Source: an uncultured Bizionia sp. (lineage in GTDB: Bacteria; Bacteroidota; Bacteroidia; Flavobacteriales; Flavobacteriaceae). From it: a DNA stretch of 64,000 nt. A model generated the notes under the pieces. It saw nothing but the letters and a program-made list of their open reading frames with translations, made no database searches and was not told where the DNA came from. This document shows, in pieces, positions 26,211 through 36,211 of this stretch. The position numbers were made by a program, and so were the translations under genes. The stretch spans positions 2,111 through 66,110 of the forward strand of contig CANMCF010000023.1 of NCBI GenBank assembly GCA_947496215.1, in the 5' to 3' direction. The stretch's first letter is position 1, and every line of letters starts with the position of its first letter.

Positions 26211-27824
26211 TTATTTGGATAATTGTGCTGCCATTATCAAGGCATTGTAAGCATTTACCATCTTTGTGGATTTGCTTAATTCTGCAAAAGGTCTTACATC
26301 GTCGGCATTGCCTCCAACTACTACTTTCGAGGAAACCGGCAAACCGGAATCCATGATGATTTGTTTTACCTGGGCAGCCGTCAATTTTGGATATTGAGAC
26401 CAAACCAAAGCAGCAACACCGGCTACGGCTGGTGCAGCCATCGAAGTACCACCTTTAGTGTCATATTCGTTTTTTGGAGTAGTGGAATATACTTGAGCTC
26501 CTGGAGCAAATACATCAACATTCTTTTTACCGTAGTTGGAGAAGCCAGCTACCATTTCACTACCATATTTTGGAGCCAATGCACCTACTCTTATGTAAGT
26601 GTTGGAAACTTCCACATAGTCAACGTTGTCATCTGGGAAATTAGGTTCGGTATCCACATCCTTGCTGTCGTTTCCAGCAGCATGAACAAAAATGACATTG
26701 TTGTCACTTGCATATTTGATTGCATCTCGTACCCAATCGGCATGAGGAGAAAAGCTCTTTCCAAAACTTCCATTGATTACCTTTGCACCATTGTCAACCG
26801 CATAACGGATTGCCTTTGCTACGTCCTTATCGTATTCGTCACCGTTAGGTACTGCACGAATGCTCATGATCTCAACGTTGTTTGCAACACCATTGGCACC
26901 CAAACCGTTATTGCGTTCTGCAGCAATAATACCGGTAACGTGTGTACCATGGCTTTCGGATTTCTTTACAGGGATGACATTTCCGTTTCCGTAACCTGGT
27001 TTATCTCCAAAAATATCTGGGTTGTCTCCAGTCTTACGACCTTTGAATTCTTTATTGTAATTATAGTTCAAGCCATCTGTAACTTGTTCGATACCACCTT
27101 TTATTTCTTTTTTTGCTTGTGTAACGCTTTCTAATCCAAAACCATAGATTTGTTTAATGACAGCAACGTGTTTCAATAATTCCTCATCCGTAGTTTCAAT
27201 GGCATTTACCTCATCTTTGGAATAGGTTTCCTTTTTCAAATGTTTTGAAACAGCTTCATCTGCTGCTAAAAGAGCACTATAAATTTGCTCATACTGTCCT
27301 TTGATTTGTGTATAGCGTTGTGTGGTCTTGTCAAATTGTGCTTGAGCCTCTTCATAACGAGGATTGCTAGTGTCTCCGCTAGCCAATAAACGTGTTAATT
27401 CCAATTGCTCGTCGTAGCCATCTCCAAGGAAGTTCCAACCGTGGATGTCATCGACATATCCATTGTTGTCATCATCTTTTCCGTTACCCGCTATCTCCTT
27501 TTTGTTAGTCCAAAGAACACCATCCAAATCCTCATGTTCTATGTCGATCCCAGAATCGATGACAGCAACGATTATCGTCTTTCCTTTTTTTCCTTTGATT
27601 ATTTCTGCATAGGCCTTGTCTACGCTCATTCCTGGAATGGTGTCTTTCACCAAGTCCAAATGACCCCAGTTGTGCTTTTCAGCTTCGGTTAATTCCGACT
27701 CTTTCAAAGGTGTGGTGTCAATGTTTTCAATTGGAGTTGATAGAATGGGAGCTCCACCACCACAACTGGAGAGCATTACAGCCGAAATAGCTGAAAATAG
27801 CACTGTTTTATTAATTAGCTTCAT
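26211..27824 (-). CDS. S8 family (subtilisin-like) serine peptidase
   Basis: Catalytic-triad motifs VAVIDSGID, HGTHVTGIIAA and GGTSMAAPAVAG. Confidence 0.9.
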   Translation of the reverse strand: MKLINKTVLFSAISAVMLSSCGGGAPILSTPIENIDTTPLKESELTEAEKHNWGHLDLVKDTIPGMSVDKAYAEIIKGKKGKTIIVAVIDSGIDIEHEDLDGVLWTNKKEIAGNGKDDDNNGYVDDIHGWNFLGDGYDEQLELTRLLASGDTSNPRYEEAQAQFDKTTQRYTQIKGQYEQIYSALLAADEAVSKHLKKETYSKDEVNAIETTDEELLKHVAVIKQIYGFGLESVTQAKKEIKGGIEQVTDGLNYNYNKEFKGRKTGDNPDIFGDKPGYGNGNVIPVKKSESHGTHVTGIIAAERNNGLGANGVANNVEIMSIRAVPNGDEYDKDVAKAIRYAVDNGAKVINGSFGKSFSPHADWVRDAIKYASDNNVIFVHAAGNDSKDVDTEPNFPDDNVDYVEVSNTYIRVGALAPKYGSEMVAGFSNYGKKNVDVFAPGAQVYSTTPKNEYDTKGGTSMAAPAVAGVAALVWSQYPKLTAAQVKQIIMDSGLPVSSKVVVGGNADDVRPFAELSKSTKMVNAYNALIMAAQLSK

Positions 27825-27835
27825 ATAATTAGAGT

Positions 27836-28708
27836 TTAATGTAAAATATCTTTACAAGTGAATGTTTCTTTTAATCGTACGCCTTTGTCAGTATGTTTCA
27901 CGGTGATGATTTCGTTATGGGCATCGTGTTCCAAAAATAAGTAATAATTATTGTCTGCTGCCAAGTTTAGAAATTTTTCTTTTTCTCCAATGGTCAGTAA
28001 AGGCCTTGTGTCGTAACCCATTACAAACGGAATTGGCAAATGTCCAGCGGTTGGCAATAGATCTGCCATGAAACAAATTGTCTTTCCCTTGTAGTTGATC
28101 ATGGGAATCATTTGTTTTTCAGTATGCCCATTGGCAAAGAAAATGTCAAAACCAAGTTCGGAGTTTTTTAATATGTCGTCTTTGGGAAGGGAGGTAAAGT
28201 TCAAATGACCACTTTCTTCCATTGGCAAGATGTTCTCTTTTAGAAAAGAGGCAACTTCACGACGATTTGGCTGTATTGCCCATTGCCAATGTTTTTTGTT
28301 GCTCCAAAGCTTGGCGTTTTTAAAGGCAGGTTCCAACAATGTTCTGTCTTTGTTGTATTTTATGGTTCCGCCACAGTGATCAAAGTGGAGATGCGTCATA
28401 AACACATCAGTGATGTCATCGCGATTAAAACCATGTAGAGCCAATGATTTGTCTAGGGTGTGATCTCCCCAAAGGTGATAATAACCATAGAATTTGTCGC
28501 TTTGCTTGTCTCCCATTCCTGTGTCTATCAAAATAAGTCTGTTTCCATCTTCGATTAATAGGCATCGTGCAGCAATGTCAATCATGTTGTTGCCATCTGC
28601 GGGGTTCGTTCTGGTCCATAAGGATTTTGGGACGACGCCAAACATTGCGCCTCCATCCAATTTAAAATTACCAGCAAGTATTGGATATAAGTTCATATTG
28701 CTCCGCAA
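27836..28708 (-). CDS. MBL-fold metallo-hydrolase
   Basis: THLHFDHCGG (HxHxDH) motif. Confidence 0.85.
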   Translation of the reverse strand: MRSNMNLYPILAGNFKLDGGAMFGVVPKSLWTRTNPADGNNMIDIAARCLLIEDGNRLILIDTGMGDKQSDKFYGYYHLWGDHTLDKSLALHGFNRDDITDVFMTHLHFDHCGGTIKYNKDRTLLEPAFKNAKLWSNKKHWQWAIQPNRREVASFLKENILPMEESGHLNFTSLPKDDILKNSELGFDIFFANGHTEKQMIPMINYKGKTICFMADLLPTAGHLPIPFVMGYDTRPLLTIGEKEKFLNLAADNNYYLFLEHDAHNEIITVKHTDKGVRLKETFTCKDILH

Positions 28709-28820
28709 AGTACTAAAATACCTTGTAAAATTGGAAAACGTTAAGAATTTATTAAGAGACGAGTAGCATGATGAAAAGCAAATAGGTTAAATTTGCGGCC
28801 ATATTTAATTTATTGTTCAA

Positions 28821-29207
28821 TTGAAAATTTATTTTACATACATTTTATTTCTTGCCTTTTCATTGAGGCCTGCATATAATTTGGGGTATGTTGCTTATTT
28901 CGAGTTGAATATAGATTATATCATTGAGACGTACTGCGTCAACAAGGAAAAACCAGAACTTGAATGCAATGGAAAATGCCATTTGGCCGATCAATTGTCA
29001 ATAACGGTTGATGGTCCGGATGACAATACATCACATTCAGCCACTTTTTTCGAAGCCTTTTTCCCTGTTTATTTTCAACAATGCAATTACAATTATAGAT
29101 TGGGGACCAATGTAACATCCAATTGTAGCAATTGGAATTACAGCGCTCAATTCACTTCTTTGTTCAAACAATGTTTGGATCCACCTCCAAGAGTATGTTT
29201 TACATAA
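28821..29207 (+). CDS. Small Cys-containing hypothetical membrane protein upstream of a TonB-dependent receptor
   Basis: ORF with an N-terminal hydrophobic segment. TTG start in the track. No recognisable motif. Confidence 0.4.
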   Translation: MKIYFTYILFLAFSLRPAYNLGYVAYFELNIDYIIETYCVNKEKPELECNGKCHLADQLSITVDGPDDNTSHSATFFEAFFPVYFQQCNYNYRLGTNVTSNCSNWNYSAQFTSLFKQCLDPPPRVCFT

Positions 29208-29381
29208 ATGATTAGGATTTTTTCAATGCAGACTGTTTCAAGGTTGTCATTGAGAACACCTATTTCGTATGCATACCAAATAAAATTTCAATTTTAAAAT
29301 AGATGAACCATAATCTTAGATCGTAAAGATCGAAGAGATTGCTGGTCAATTCTTGTAATAAACAAAATACATAAAGAACGA

Positions 29382-31721
29382 ATGAAAAACATATTACTGC
29401 TAGTTATGGCTCTTGTGAGCTCATACCTACATGCGCAGAATAATTACAATGGAAAAATAGTGGACGAAAACAACAACCCCTTGGGAGGGGCTACAATACA
29501 TTCCAAGACGAACTTGAACAATATGGTTGTTTCGGATTGGGAGGGAAACTTTTCCATAAGCCTTCAAGGTAGTCAGGATGTCATTGTCAGATTCGTTGGT
29601 TTCACAACGGTTGAAAAAACACTTCTGTCATCCAATAACACAATCATATTGACAGAAAATGACGAACTTTTGGACGAGGTGGTTATTTCTGCCAGCAGAG
29701 AATCACAGCAAAGAAAAGAAGTGCCGGCTTCTATTTCTGTAATCTCAGCCAAGGAAATAGATGCATCGAAGGCCTTTGGAATAGATCAGTTGGTAAATGA
29801 CGTGCCTGGGGTTGTAATGTCTACTTCCAGAGCAGCAAGCAACGAGCAACATTTTATGTCAGTGCGTTCACCGATATCTACAAAATCCTTGTTTTTGTAT
29901 GTGGAAGATGGCTTGCCAATTCGTCCAACGGCAGTGTTCAACCATAATGCATTGTTGGAAATGAATGACCTTTCGTACAACCGCGTTGAGGTTTTAAAGG
30001 GGCCAGCATCCAGCATTTATGGAAGTGAAGCCATTGGAGGAAGTTTCAACTTCATAACAAAGAATCCGACTAGAGACTTTTCAGGTAGTGCGGGTTTTCA
30101 AATCAATGATCTTGGATTGACGCGTTATGATTTCGAGTTGTCCAAATATGCAGGGGAAAACGTTGGTTTTTATTTGGGAACACAATATGTGCAGAGAGAA
30201 GATGGCCCAGTACAACATAGTGATTACGAAAAATTCGCGTTGACATTCAAGAATGTGAACCACTTGTCTCCAAAATTGGATTGGACAAATGTGTTCAACT
30301 TGATAGATTATAGATCGGATATGTCTGGTTCTCTAAGTGAAGACGATTATACAGGAGGGAATTTTGAGAGCGATCAAACATTTACTGAGCGTGAAGCTTT
30401 GGCGTTTAGAATAAGAAGTACCGTAAACAAAAGATGGAACAACAAAAACAAGACGACTTTCAATTTCGTTTTCAGAAACAATGAAATGGGGCAAAATCCA
30501 TCTTACCGCATCCGCCAATTTAGGGATCAAGGACAATTGACAGGTTTTGGAAGTGGAGAAATCAACAACAACGCATTTAAAAGTTATGTTGGATTGATAC
30601 AACATAAAGTAGATTTTGACTATGCAAAGTCCTCATTGATCGTAGGATCTTCGTTGGATTATTCTCCGCAAGACTATGTAGCAGAAACATTGTCTGTAAT
30701 TGTAAATCCCGAAACAGGGCAGAATATTGATTTTACCATCAATTCAGGGGATTATATATTAAACTATGATGCCAGCATTTTAAATTATGCAGGGTATTTG
30801 CAATATGAAATAAATCCAACTGAAGCCTTAAAGCTGACAGCAGCATTGAGGTATGATGGCTTTGAATATGATTACAACAATTTGGTGGACGGCATAGCTG
30901 GGCCAAAAGACTCCAAAAACAGCTACGATAACATATCACCTAAATTAGGATTGAATTACAATGTTAACAAAGATCTTGGCCTATATGCCAATTATTCCAA
31001 TGGATTCACACCACCACAAACATCAACGTTGTATCGAAATAGTTTTGTTGGAGTGGGAGGAGATGTTTTCGATTTGAAACCTAGCAGTTATGATAATTTT
31101 GAATTGGGAACCTATTTCAAGATTCCGAACACCTTGCAAGCCGATGTGGCGGTATATCTTTTGGAAGGTAAGAACACATTGATAACATTGAGAGATGAGA
31201 ATGATGAGTTTTTTAATGCAAATGCTGGAAAAACAAGGTCTTTTGGTATAGAATATGGGATAAGATACAACCCAATCGAAGCACTGACCATTAGCCATAA
31301 TGGAAGTTTCGCGAGGCATGGATACGTAGATTTCTTCGAGAGGGGAGTCGACTATTCTGATACCGACAGGGCAACTGCACCAAAACTTTTGGGAACATCG
31401 AAAATAACTTATAGACCCGATGCAATAAAGAACCTTACAGTAAGTATGACACACGAATTGGTTGGTAAGTACAACACCAGTTTTGAAGGGCAAGTAGCTA
31501 ATGATGATGGTTCCTTTGGTACGGCAATCTACAATGGGCACAACATATTCAATGTCTTGGCTTCCTATGAGATCAAAGGAGTGAATGTTTGGGTTCACGC
31601 ATTGAACATTTTCGATGAGCTGTATTCGGCAAGAGCATCGTATAATAGATTTAGAAGTGCCAACACATATACTATCGGGAACCCGAGAGCTTTTCATTTT
31701 GGAGTAAAATACAAGTTTTAA
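29382..31721 (+). CDS. TonB-dependent receptor (CarboxypepD_reg + plug + barrel)
   Basis: Signal peptide, plug motifs (VEVLKGPASSIYGSEAIGG), and a C-terminal aromatic terminus (FGVKYKF). Confidence 0.9.
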   Translation: MKNILLLVMALVSSYLHAQNNYNGKIVDENNNPLGGATIHSKTNLNNMVVSDWEGNFSISLQGSQDVIVRFVGFTTVEKTLLSSNNTIILTENDELLDEVVISASRESQQRKEVPASISVISAKEIDASKAFGIDQLVNDVPGVVMSTSRAASNEQHFMSVRSPISTKSLFLYVEDGLPIRPTAVFNHNALLEMNDLSYNRVEVLKGPASSIYGSEAIGGSFNFITKNPTRDFSGSAGFQINDLGLTRYDFELSKYAGENVGFYLGTQYVQREDGPVQHSDYEKFALTFKNVNHLSPKLDWTNVFNLIDYRSDMSGSLSEDDYTGGNFESDQTFTEREALAFRIRSTVNKRWNNKNKTTFNFVFRNNEMGQNPSYRIRQFRDQGQLTGFGSGEINNNAFKSYVGLIQHKVDFDYAKSSLIVGSSLDYSPQDYVAETLSVIVNPETGQNIDFTINSGDYILNYDASILNYAGYLQYEINPTEALKLTAALRYDGFEYDYNNLVDGIAGPKDSKNSYDNISPKLGLNYNVNKDLGLYANYSNGFTPPQTSTLYRNSFVGVGGDVFDLKPSSYDNFELGTYFKIPNTLQADVAVYLLEGKNTLITLRDENDEFFNANAGKTRSFGIEYGIRYNPIEALTISHNGSFARHGYVDFFERGVDYSDTDRATAPKLLGTSKITYRPDAIKNLTVSMTHELVGKYNTSFEGQVANDDGSFGTAIYNGHNIFNVLASYEIKGVNVWVHALNIFDELYSARASYNRFRSANTYTIGNPRAFHFGVKYKF

Positions 31722-31727
31722 TCATAA

Positions 31728-31762
31728 AGCAAGGGAGTAAATAACTCCCTTGCTAAATTTTT
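31728..31762 (+). terminator. Hairpin/terminator between the TonB-dependent receptor gene and the PepSY gene
   Basis: agcaagggagt / loop / actcccttgct followed by aaatttttt. Confidence 0.6.
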
Positions 31763-31768
31763 TCAAAG

Positions 31769-33016
31769 ATGTTTAAAAAGAACAATAAATTGAATCAATG
31801 GCTGTGGAAATGGCACTTTGTTGCAGGATTGGTATCGTTGCCATTTGTGCTGGTATTGGCCATTACTGGTGGAATCTATCTCTTCAAGGACAATTACGAA
31901 GCGTCGAAGCAACAACATATAAAAACCGTAAAAAAAGAAGGGGATCCCATTTCATTTCAAAAACAATGGAAGCTAGCAAAGGCAGCCATGCACAAGGAAC
32001 CAAACATCATGGTTATTCCTGAAGGTGAAAACCTAGCGACAGAATTTGTCTCTGGGAGGTTTAGTCACAAGAACAGCACATATGTGAACCCATACAATTC
32101 AGAGATCACTGGTACGATCAATCCAAAGGATTCCAACATGCATACCGTTAGAAAGTTGCACGGGGAGTTGCTTTTGGGGAAATTTGGAACCAAGATAGTC
32201 GAACTCATAGCAAGTTGGATGATCGTATTGATCATTACGGGAATATATGTGTTTTGGCCAAGTAAAAAACAGGGTTTCAAAGCTTTTTTCACCATACGAT
32301 TAAAACAGGGTAAACGTATTCTATTTCGCGATTTACATACTGTTTTCGGGTTTTGGACCTCGGTTTTGCTATTAATCACATTGGCTGGAGGCTTGCCTTG
32401 GACCGATGTTTTTGGAGATGGCTTCAAATGGGTGCAGAAGGTAACCGATACAGGTTACCCGAAGACTTGGGATGCTCGAGGATTGCAATCTAAAGTTACA
32501 GGAGAAGCTATTGCTTTAGATGATATGGTTATCCTTGCAAAATCAATGAACTTGGCAGGAGAGTTAAGCATAGGATTGCCAAAGGGAGAGAAAGGAGTGT
32601 ACAGCATTTTTAATACCACTTTGGATTTTGGTGCCCAAAAGCGTTTTCATTTCGATCAATACTCTGGTGAACAATTGGTGGAGCACGACTGGGGGGATGT
32701 TGGAGCTTTGATGAAAGGTAGATTGTGGTTGATGGCTTTTCATCAAGGAGAATTTGGAAGATGGAATTGGTTTTTAATGCTAGGTGTCGCCATCTTGTTG
32801 TTGTTTATTGGCATAGCAGGATTGTTGTCTTATTCAAAACGTAAGAAAAAGGGGAATTGGGGTACGCCAAAAGTGCCAGAAACGCTTAAAATAGGTTATG
32901 GTATCGTCATTTGCATTTTTGTCTTGGGTATTGTATTTCCTTTGTTTGGAATAAGTGTGATACTAATTGCTTTGGTAGAATACATGAAAACCAAAAAGAA
33001 ACAAAAGTCAGTTTAG
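31769..33016 (+). CDS. PepSY-associated TM helix domain protein
   Basis: WKWHFVAGLVSLPFVLVLAITGGIYLF and repeated TM/PepSY_TM architecture. Located next to the TonB-dependent receptor. Confidence 0.8.
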   Translation: MFKKNNKLNQWLWKWHFVAGLVSLPFVLVLAITGGIYLFKDNYEASKQQHIKTVKKEGDPISFQKQWKLAKAAMHKEPNIMVIPEGENLATEFVSGRFSHKNSTYVNPYNSEITGTINPKDSNMHTVRKLHGELLLGKFGTKIVELIASWMIVLIITGIYVFWPSKKQGFKAFFTIRLKQGKRILFRDLHTVFGFWTSVLLLITLAGGLPWTDVFGDGFKWVQKVTDTGYPKTWDARGLQSKVTGEAIALDDMVILAKSMNLAGELSIGLPKGEKGVYSIFNTTLDFGAQKRFHFDQYSGEQLVEHDWGDVGALMKGRLWLMAFHQGEFGRWNWFLMLGVAILLLFIGIAGLLSYSKRKKKGNWGTPKVPETLKIGYGIVICIFVLGIVFPLFGISVILIALVEYMKTKKKQKSV

Positions 33017-35208
33017 GAAAGCACGGCCCTTAGACGTTTGCCAAAATCGAAAAGGGCTTTTATTTCCTTGATGCTCGCTTGGCGTTCACGTCCAAAAATC
33101 AGTAGACAGCTTCCGTTGGACTCAATGTGGTAATAAGGATTGCTTTCGAAGAAATGAGTCAGGTCATCATTAAAAAGCGCTTTTATCCTATCCTCGTCTT
33201 CTCCCAATAGATAAAAACGTTTCGAGAAGTCGTTGTGATTTTGGATGGGAATGTCACTGAAGCCGGCAAAGGCATATATCTTTTCCAAGAAACCTTCCCT
33301 ATCCAATGTGAATTCTGGAATGTCTTTGTTCAAATTAATGTAGAACATTGTGGAACGCACTACTTCTTTGGCAATGAACTCACCTTCGGAAAACTCAATG
33401 TCAAAAAGGTTCAATGCACCATTGTCTGCGGTCAGTTGATTGTAGATATGATTTATTTTCTTGGTTCTGAAGAACAGGAAGTTATTTAAGAACCCTATTT
33501 CCTTTTGTTTTTCGTGTGTATAATTTAGTTTGTAATCAACAGCCAATTCCTCGATCGACGTTTGTCTTCTTGTTAAATTGTTTTTGATGATGTTGGGTAC
33601 TGGAAGTAAACGCCTCAAGGCAAAAGGGTGTTTGGAATCTGTATCATGCATGTCCAAACCTACGACTTCGAATGACCCTCCTCTTTTTTTGAACAACTCT
33701 TGATAGTTGTTGAGGTTTTCCATTACAGTATGGTCTACGAACGCACAAAGCGAGAAATCGATGATCACATTTTCATCTTCGGGAATGGCGTCTATTTTTT
33801 CCTTTAACTTGTAATAATTCAGAAAACTACAAAAGTGCTTTACACTCAAATAATAGTTGTTTTCCCCTTTATCTTCCTTAAACATCAGTACATTCGGCTT
33901 TAGCACATTTTTTGCAAACAATGAGAAATCACGATTAATCACGATGTGAATGATAAACGTAACCAACACACCAGAGGTAATACCGGTGATTAATCCAATT
34001 TTCAATGTCACGAAGAGGGTTACAAAGAAGATAATGAGTTGTTCCCTACCAATGGAAAAAATATTGCGAATGGTGCTTGGCGAAGCCAACTTGTAACCCG
34101 TATAAACCAATATGGCCATCAACGCGGGCAATGGAATTCTCGTTAATTGTGAGCTGAACAATACTATGAATACGACCAAAAAGGTGGCGTGGAAAAAGTT
34201 GGAAGAACGGTTGCTACCACCATTGTTGACATTTACAGAACTTCTGGCAATAACGGTTACTACATTCAACCCTCCTAGAAAACCACTTCCGACAGTTGCC
34301 AATCCCAAAGCTTTCAAATCCCTATTAACATTGGATCGACGTTTTTCCGGATCGAGCTTGTCTACGGCTTTAATACTCAACAAGGACTCAATGCTTGCAA
34401 TTAGCGTCAAAGCCAAAACACTTGTCCAAAAGGGTAGGCTTCCTATTTTACCAAAGTCTATCGTTGGTAGTTGTGCTATGATTTCAGAGAATTGAGGTAT
34501 ACCGGAAATCATATAATTAGGATCTATGGGATTGCTTTCATGTGCTACTAATTCAAAATAATAACTAAAGGTAATAGACAAAATAACAATCCACATTGGA
34601 GCGGGAATAAGCTGTAAATACTTATTCCTGATTTTTGAATAGAATATCATGATTGCAAAACTTAAAACACCTGCAATTGCTGCATAGATAAGCCCTGTAT
34701 TATCATAGTGAATGGCATCGTTTATAGTATATGGAATCTCTAAAAGATAATCGATGGTGTCTTCTCGTTTTATTTTATGCGCTAGCATGATATGAAATTG
34801 CTTTCCTAGAATAATTAAGCCAATGGCAGCTAACATACCTTGAATTGCAGAAGAAGGGAAAAAATCCGCCAACTTGCCTAGACGAAGGAAACCCAGTATC
34901 AAAAGAAGAACACCGGAGCAAATGATTGCCGCATAGGCACTCTCTATGCCCAATGTCGTAATGGCAATTAAAAGGACGCCAACCAAACCGTTTCCGGGAC
35001 CAGCGATGGTAACGTTGCTTCCACCCAGCAAGGAGACGACAAAACCACCTATCACAGCTGCAATTATACCGGATATTGGAGGGGCTTCACTGGCCATGGC
35101 CAATCCCAACCCTAGAGGTAATGCTATTAGACTAACAACAAAGCCTGAAAATATGTTTTTTGGCAATGCTTTGAAAAAATGGACTATGTTATCCTTCTTT
35201 GGGCTCAT
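33013..35208 (-). CDS. SulP family inorganic anion transporter with C-terminal STAS region and extension
   Basis: Multi-TM N-terminal half with a SulP-like start (LPKNIFSGFVVSLIALPLGLGLAMASEAPP). Confidence 0.85.
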   Translation of the reverse strand: MSPKKDNIVHFFKALPKNIFSGFVVSLIALPLGLGLAMASEAPPISGIIAAVIGGFVVSLLGGSNVTIAGPGNGLVGVLLIAITTLGIESAYAAIICSGVLLLILGFLRLGKLADFFPSSAIQGMLAAIGLIILGKQFHIMLAHKIKREDTIDYLLEIPYTINDAIHYDNTGLIYAAIAGVLSFAIMIFYSKIRNKYLQLIPAPMWIVILSITFSYYFELVAHESNPIDPNYMISGIPQFSEIIAQLPTIDFGKIGSLPFWTSVLALTLIASIESLLSIKAVDKLDPEKRRSNVNRDLKALGLATVGSGFLGGLNVVTVIARSSVNVNNGGSNRSSNFFHATFLVVFIVLFSSQLTRIPLPALMAILVYTGYKLASPSTIRNIFSIGREQLIIFFVTLFVTLKIGLITGITSGVLVTFIIHIVINRDFSLFAKNVLKPNVLMFKEDKGENNYYLSVKHFCSFLNYYKLKEKIDAIPEDENVIIDFSLCAFVDHTVMENLNNYQELFKKRGGSFEVVGLDMHDTDSKHPFALRRLLPVPNIIKNNLTRRQTSIEELAVDYKLNYTHEKQKEIGFLNNFLFFRTKKINHIYNQLTADNGALNLFDIEFSEGEFIAKEVVRSTMFYINLNKDIPEFTLDREGFLEKIYAFAGFSDIPIQNHNDFSKRFYLLGEDEDRIKALFNDDLTHFFESNPYYHIESNGSCLLIFGRERQASIKEIKALFDFGKRLRAVLS

Positions 35209-36053
35209 TGAATAATTAAGACGTCGGTTGGTAATTCAGTTAGGATATGTTCAATATCATGTGGAAACAAACGATCCCAAAAAGTCATCTTCGAAGGAGC
35301 GTTCATCACCAATAGATCGGCACGCGAGATTTGTGCATAATGACCAATGGAATAACCTTGCTTCCCAAAGATCGGTTGTGATTTTATGGCTATGTCATTG
35401 GTATACTTCTCGGGAATGTGTTCAATTATTTCTTTGACCCGAGATTCTTCTCTAAGTTTTATGCGCTCTTTGAAAATAGCAGCTTTTCTCAGCGATTTGT
35501 CATCATTTACTTTTATGGAAACTTCGTTTTGTTTGATTTCCTCAACGATGGTGATGCGATCTGCTCGTAATTGTTTGGCAATATAAAAGGCCGTAGATAT
35601 GGTTTGTTCCGTTTTTGGATCTTTCAATCCGTTCACTACGATATGTTCACAAGGAATCCGTTCTATGGAAGGTTTTATCAACAAAAGAATGGAGCATTTT
35701 GCTTTTCTGGTGATTTTTCGAGCAATTGAACCCACATAGTACTTTAGAAAGTTTTCACGCTGGAGTGCTCCTAGAACCAACAAGTCTATTTTTTTCTCGT
35801 CGGAAATCGATAGAATGACATCGACAGGGTCTCCAGTTTTGAATACGACTTCGTAATCTAGGAGATCTCTTTTGAAAGCACTTAATATGAGGGCCAAAGC
35901 CTCTGTTTTTTCTTTGGAGGCATCGCCAACATGAATCAAAATCAATTTTGATTTTAAAAATAAGGACAATCGTGCCGCCTCATAGAGGTTGGCTTTCAGG
36001 TTTGGTGAAAATGCGACACCAATACCAATGGTTTTGAAGGGTTTTAAGTTCAC
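35205..36053 (-). CDS. Universal stress protein (tandem Usp domains)
   Basis: Two Usp-like halves (ILIHV...LLVLG and ADLLVMN...). Overlaps the SulP start by 4 nt. Confidence 0.7.
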   Translation of the reverse strand: MNLKPFKTIGIGVAFSPNLKANLYEAARLSLFLKSKLILIHVGDASKEKTEALALILSAFKRDLLDYEVVFKTGDPVDVILSISDEKKIDLLVLGALQRENFLKYYVGSIARKITRKAKCSILLLIKPSIERIPCEHIVVNGLKDPKTEQTISTAFYIAKQLRADRITIVEEIKQNEVSIKVNDDKSLRKAAIFKERIKLREESRVKEIIEHIPEKYTNDIAIKSQPIFGKQGYSIGHYAQISRADLLVMNAPSKMTFWDRLFPHDIEHILTELPTDVLIIQ

Positions 36054-36211
36054 GAATTTAATTAATTTCTCAAAAATTGAAAGATAACGTTTTTTTCAAT
36101 CTAAAAAAATGTTGAGGGGAGACGCTTTTGATTAATTTAAATCTATTTTTCAATTAATTTCATTTTCATTGTCCTTGTAAATTGCTAATTTCACGAAAAA
36201 AACAATAATAA

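Noticed and set aside
25207-27134. Long antisense ORFs (25207-25743, 178 aa; 26361-27134, 257 aa) inside the M1 and S8 peptidase genes.
   Set aside because: They lie opposite well-supported genes with clear catalytic motifs. Their translations are Cys/Phe/Val-rich nonsense with no motifs. They are typical shadow ORFs of an AT-rich genome.
31023-31697. 224-aa ORF antisense to the TonB-dependent receptor gene.
   Set aside because: It is a shadow ORF. The receptor frame has canonical plug and barrel features, and the antisense product is low-complexity.
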